Positions 36,854 through 39,173 of a stretch of DNA of 39,173 bases are shown here, in pieces. The position numbers and the translations under genes are program-made. This stretch comes from Alphaproteobacteria bacterium. Its GTDB lineage: Bacteria > Pseudomonadota > Alphaproteobacteria > UBA828. The stretch lies in NCBI GenBank assembly GCA_965220745.1, contig CBDCQT010000004.1, positions 1 through 39,173 on the forward strand, in the 5' to 3' direction. Each line of letters opens with the position of its first letter. Positions within the stretch are counted from its first letter, which is position 1. The notes under the pieces were generated by a model that was not told where the DNA came from, ran no database searches, and saw only the letters and a list, made by a program, of their open reading frames with translations.

Positions 36854-38374
36854 GTGTTCCGCAAGATCTTGGTAGCCAACCGCGGCGAGATCGCAGTGCG
36901 GATCATCCGCACCTGCCGCGAGATGGGCATCGCAACCGTCGCGATCTATTCGGACGTCGACCGCGAGGCGAAGCATGTCCGATTGGCCGATGAGGCCTGC
37001 GCTGTCGGCGCGGCGCCTCCGGCCGAGAGCTACCTCAACATCGGCCGCGTCTTGGACGCGGCCAGCTCGGCGGGAGCGGATGCCATCCACCCAGGCTATG
37101 GCTTCCTCAGCGAGAACGCGGAGTTCGCCCAAGCCTGCGAGCGCAAGGGGATCAAGTTCATCGGGCCGTCCGCAGCGGCGATTCGCTCCATGGGAATCAA
37201 GACTCGCGCCCGCGAGCTAATGTCGCAGGCCGGAGTCCCAGTCGTTCCCGGCACGCCAGAAGCAACGGACGCTCGCCAAGCTGCGGCCTTCGCCAGCCGG
37301 GTCGGCTACCCGGTCATGCTCAAGGCTTCCGCTGGCGGCGGCGGAAAGGGGATGCGCCTTGTAGAGTCGGCTGCACAGCTCGAGAGCGCCTGGGAACAAG
37401 CGCGGGGCGAAGCTCTCGAAGCGTTCGGCGACGCTGCAGTGTACGTGGAGAAGGCGATCCTTCGCCCGCACCACGTCGAGGTCCAGATTCTGGCCGACGA
37501 GCACGGGACGGTGGTCCATCTGGGCGAGCGCGAATGTAGCCTGCAGCGGCGGCACCAGAAGGTGGTCGAAGAGAGCCCCTCGCCGCTAGTAGAGGCCAAC
37601 CCTGGTGTCCGCGAACAGCTCTATTCGGCCGCCATTGCAGCAGCCAGCGCCATCGGCTACGCCAACGCGGGCACGATCGAGTTCCTCATGGACGCCGACG
37701 CCCGCTTCTACTTCCTGGAAATGAACACCCGCCTGCAGGTCGAGCATCCTGTCACCGAGCTGGTGACAGGAATGGATCTCGTCAAGCAGCAGATCCGCGT
37801 AGCTGCCGGCGAGAGGCTGGGCTTCTCCCAAGAGGCGGTCCGGTTTCGCGGCCACGCACTGGAATGCCGCGTGTATGCGGAAGACCCCAGCGCCAACTTC
37901 ATGCCTTCTCCCGGCCTGATCCGGCGCATGGCAATGCCCGACGGCCCGGGCATCCGGATCGATTCCGGCGCAGACGAAGGCTGGACCGTCCCGATCCACT
38001 ACGACCCGTTGATCGCCAAGCTCTGCGCTTGGGCGCCCACCAGGCCGGAAGCCATCGACAAGCTGCGCGGCGCGCTGAGCGAAGCCACCATCAGCGGCAT
38101 CGCCACGACCCTGGGCTTCTTTCGCGACTTGATGGAGGATCCACAGTTCCAAGCCGGCGACATCGACACCGGGTTCCTGGCGCGCGGCCTCGACCCGGCT
38201 GCGGGCGCGGCCTCGACCCCTTCATCCGAGGCGCGCCTAGCAGCCATCCTCGCGGTCATCCAAGCCGAACAGGGCCGCGCGGCCGATCAACCTTCGGCGG
38301 CCCTGCCGCCAAGCTCGGCGTGGAAGCGCAACGGGCGAATCGAGAACATCGCGGCCCGGGACACGGATCGATGA
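36854..38374 (+). CDS. accC: Acetyl/propionyl-CoA carboxylase biotin carboxylase subunit
   Basis: KILVANRGEIA, HPGYGFLSEN, GGGGKGM, ERECSLQRRHQK, EMNTRLQVEHPVTE, YDPLIAKL. Confidence 0.92.
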   Translation: MFRKILVANRGEIAVRIIRTCREMGIATVAIYSDVDREAKHVRLADEACAVGAAPPAESYLNIGRVLDAASSAGADAIHPGYGFLSENAEFAQACERKGIKFIGPSAAAIRSMGIKTRARELMSQAGVPVVPGTPEATDARQAAAFASRVGYPVMLKASAGGGGKGMRLVESAAQLESAWEQARGEALEAFGDAAVYVEKAILRPHHVEVQILADEHGTVVHLGERECSLQRRHQKVVEESPSPLVEANPGVREQLYSAAIAAASAIGYANAGTIEFLMDADARFYFLEMNTRLQVEHPVTELVTGMDLVKQQIRVAAGERLGFSQEAVRFRGHALECRVYAEDPSANFMPSPGLIRRMAMPDGPGIRIDSGADEGWTVPIHYDPLIAKLCAWAPTRPEAIDKLRGALSEATISGIATTLGFFRDLMEDPQFQAGDIDTGFLARGLDPAAGAASTPSSEARLAAILAVIQAEQGRAADQPSAALPPSSAWKRNGRIENIAARDTDR

Positions 38375-38859
38375 AGAAGTTCGACCTCGTCGTAGACGGC
38401 ACCCCGTGCAGCCTGCGCATTGGCGCGGATTCGTGCGAGATGGACGGGCGTCGTTCGGCGACGGACATTCGCTGCACAGGCCCGGGCAGCTACTCCGTGA
38501 TCGTGGACGGGAACCAGCACACCGTCGTTGTCAATCGGTCCGCCCAGGGCTCCTATGAGGCCCATGTATCCGGAACGGCGCTTGCCATCGAGATTCGCGA
38601 CCCGCGGCGCCTTTCAGGCCACATGGATGGACCGGCGGCCGGCGGCTCGCAGGCAGTGCGCACGCCGATGCCCGGCAAGGTGCTGTCCGTGCGAGTGCGG
38701 GTCGGCGACGAAGTTCGCAGCGAGCAGGGCCTGTTGGTGGTGGAAGCGATGAAGATGCAGAATGAACTGCGCGCCCCCTGCGCCGGAAGGGTCACGGCCG
38801 TCAACGTCAGCGCAGGCGATTCGGTCTCGTCAGGGGACACCTTGGTGGTGGTTGAATAG
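38371..38859 (+). CDS. Biotin carboxyl carrier / biotin-lipoyl attachment protein
   Basis: ATGA overlap with accC; PMPGKV, EAMKMQNE biotinylation motif. Confidence 0.9.
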   Translation: MKKFDLVVDGTPCSLRIGADSCEMDGRRSATDIRCTGPGSYSVIVDGNQHTVVVNRSAQGSYEAHVSGTALAIEIRDPRRLSGHMDGPAAGGSQAVRTPMPGKVLSVRVRVGDEVRSEQGLLVVEAMKMQNELRAPCAGRVTAVNVSAGDSVSSGDTLVVVE

Positions 38860-38899
38860 GATAGAGATACGGGCTTCGTCCGGATTCCCGGCAACTACG

Positions 38900-39173
38900 A
38901 TGTGCAGCGAATGCCGAAATACGGGCTGGTTGCAAGAGCGGCTGCCGGGAGGCTTCACTGCGTCGAAGCGGTGCCACTGCCACGAGGGCGGCCGAGGCGC
39001 TTCGCAGTACGGCCCGCTGCGCTTGCCGCCTCGCTTTGCCGACGCCACATTTGACAACTTCAGCGCCGGGGTCTATGCCAAGGAGCCCCAGAAGCACCAA
39101 GTCCTGACCGCGGCGATGGCCAAGGGCATGCTGTTCGCTGACGGCTTCCCGATCGAGCCGTCCAAAGGGCTGC
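38900..39173 (+). CDS. DnaC/IstB-like ATP-binding protein, N-terminal part, runs off the window (absent from ORF track)
   Basis: Own translation: MCSECRNTGW...KRCHC...LPPRFADATFDNF...PSKGL, i.e. CxxC..CxC zinc finger and P.RF..ATFDNF preceding the Walker A region. Confidence 0.72.
   Translation, partial: MCSECRNTGWLQERLPGGFTASKRCHCHEGGRGASQYGPLRLPPRFADATFDNFSAGVYAKEPQKHQVLTAAMAKGMLFADGFPIEPSKGL

Noticed and set aside
900-38859. Many long overlapping or antisense ORFs (e.g. 900-2459+, 8135-9424+, 9437-10903+, 14938-16287+, 34971-36677-)
   Set aside because: Shadow ORFs of high-GC genes, rich in Arg/Ala/Pro/Gly, overlapping clearly identifiable proteins.

Overview
GC-rich bacterial DNA, most consistent with an Acidobacterium (Bryobacterales/Solibacter-like) by gene content: Acidobacterial-type VWA protein, paired carboxypeptidase-regulatory-like proteins, DUF1549/DUF1553, DUF1080, sulfatase. 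This taxonomy is an inference. The window has two parts. (1) 1-5410 is an accessory tandem array of three near-identical Uma2/DUF820 PD-(D/E)xK nuclease genes, each with its own apparently leaderless extended -10 promoter and a conserved ~224-bp spacer. The copies are mosaic, differ three ways next to the catalytic motif, and have C-terminal coiled coils differing by exact heptads (244/230/237 aa), starting at a possible internal start codon. A 2748-bp IS4/IS50-like element (imperfect TIRs, 9-bp TSD GCCAACCGC) sits in the first spacer. It encodes a DUF4338(DruA-like)-Tn5-type transposase fusion broken by one in-frame TAA and carries a hairpin-rich ~390-nt right end. (2) 5566-39173 is mostly housekeeping and envelope genes: hisA, ECF sigma operon, NUDIX, gpmI, sugar isomerase, sulfatase, an RsbW-STAS-MlaE-MlaF-MlaD-phosphotransferase operon, rsmB, ArnT-like GT, rpmE2, VWA, response regulator, MBL hydrolase, rhodanese, GT2/flippase, CMD+ArsS-like radical SAM pair, cyclophilin, MFS, AI-2E, DUF1549/1553, biotin carboxylase and carrier protein, and a truncated DnaC-like gene. 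No rRNA, tRNA or CRISPR array was recognised. All family calls come from motif recognition by eye, not database searches.
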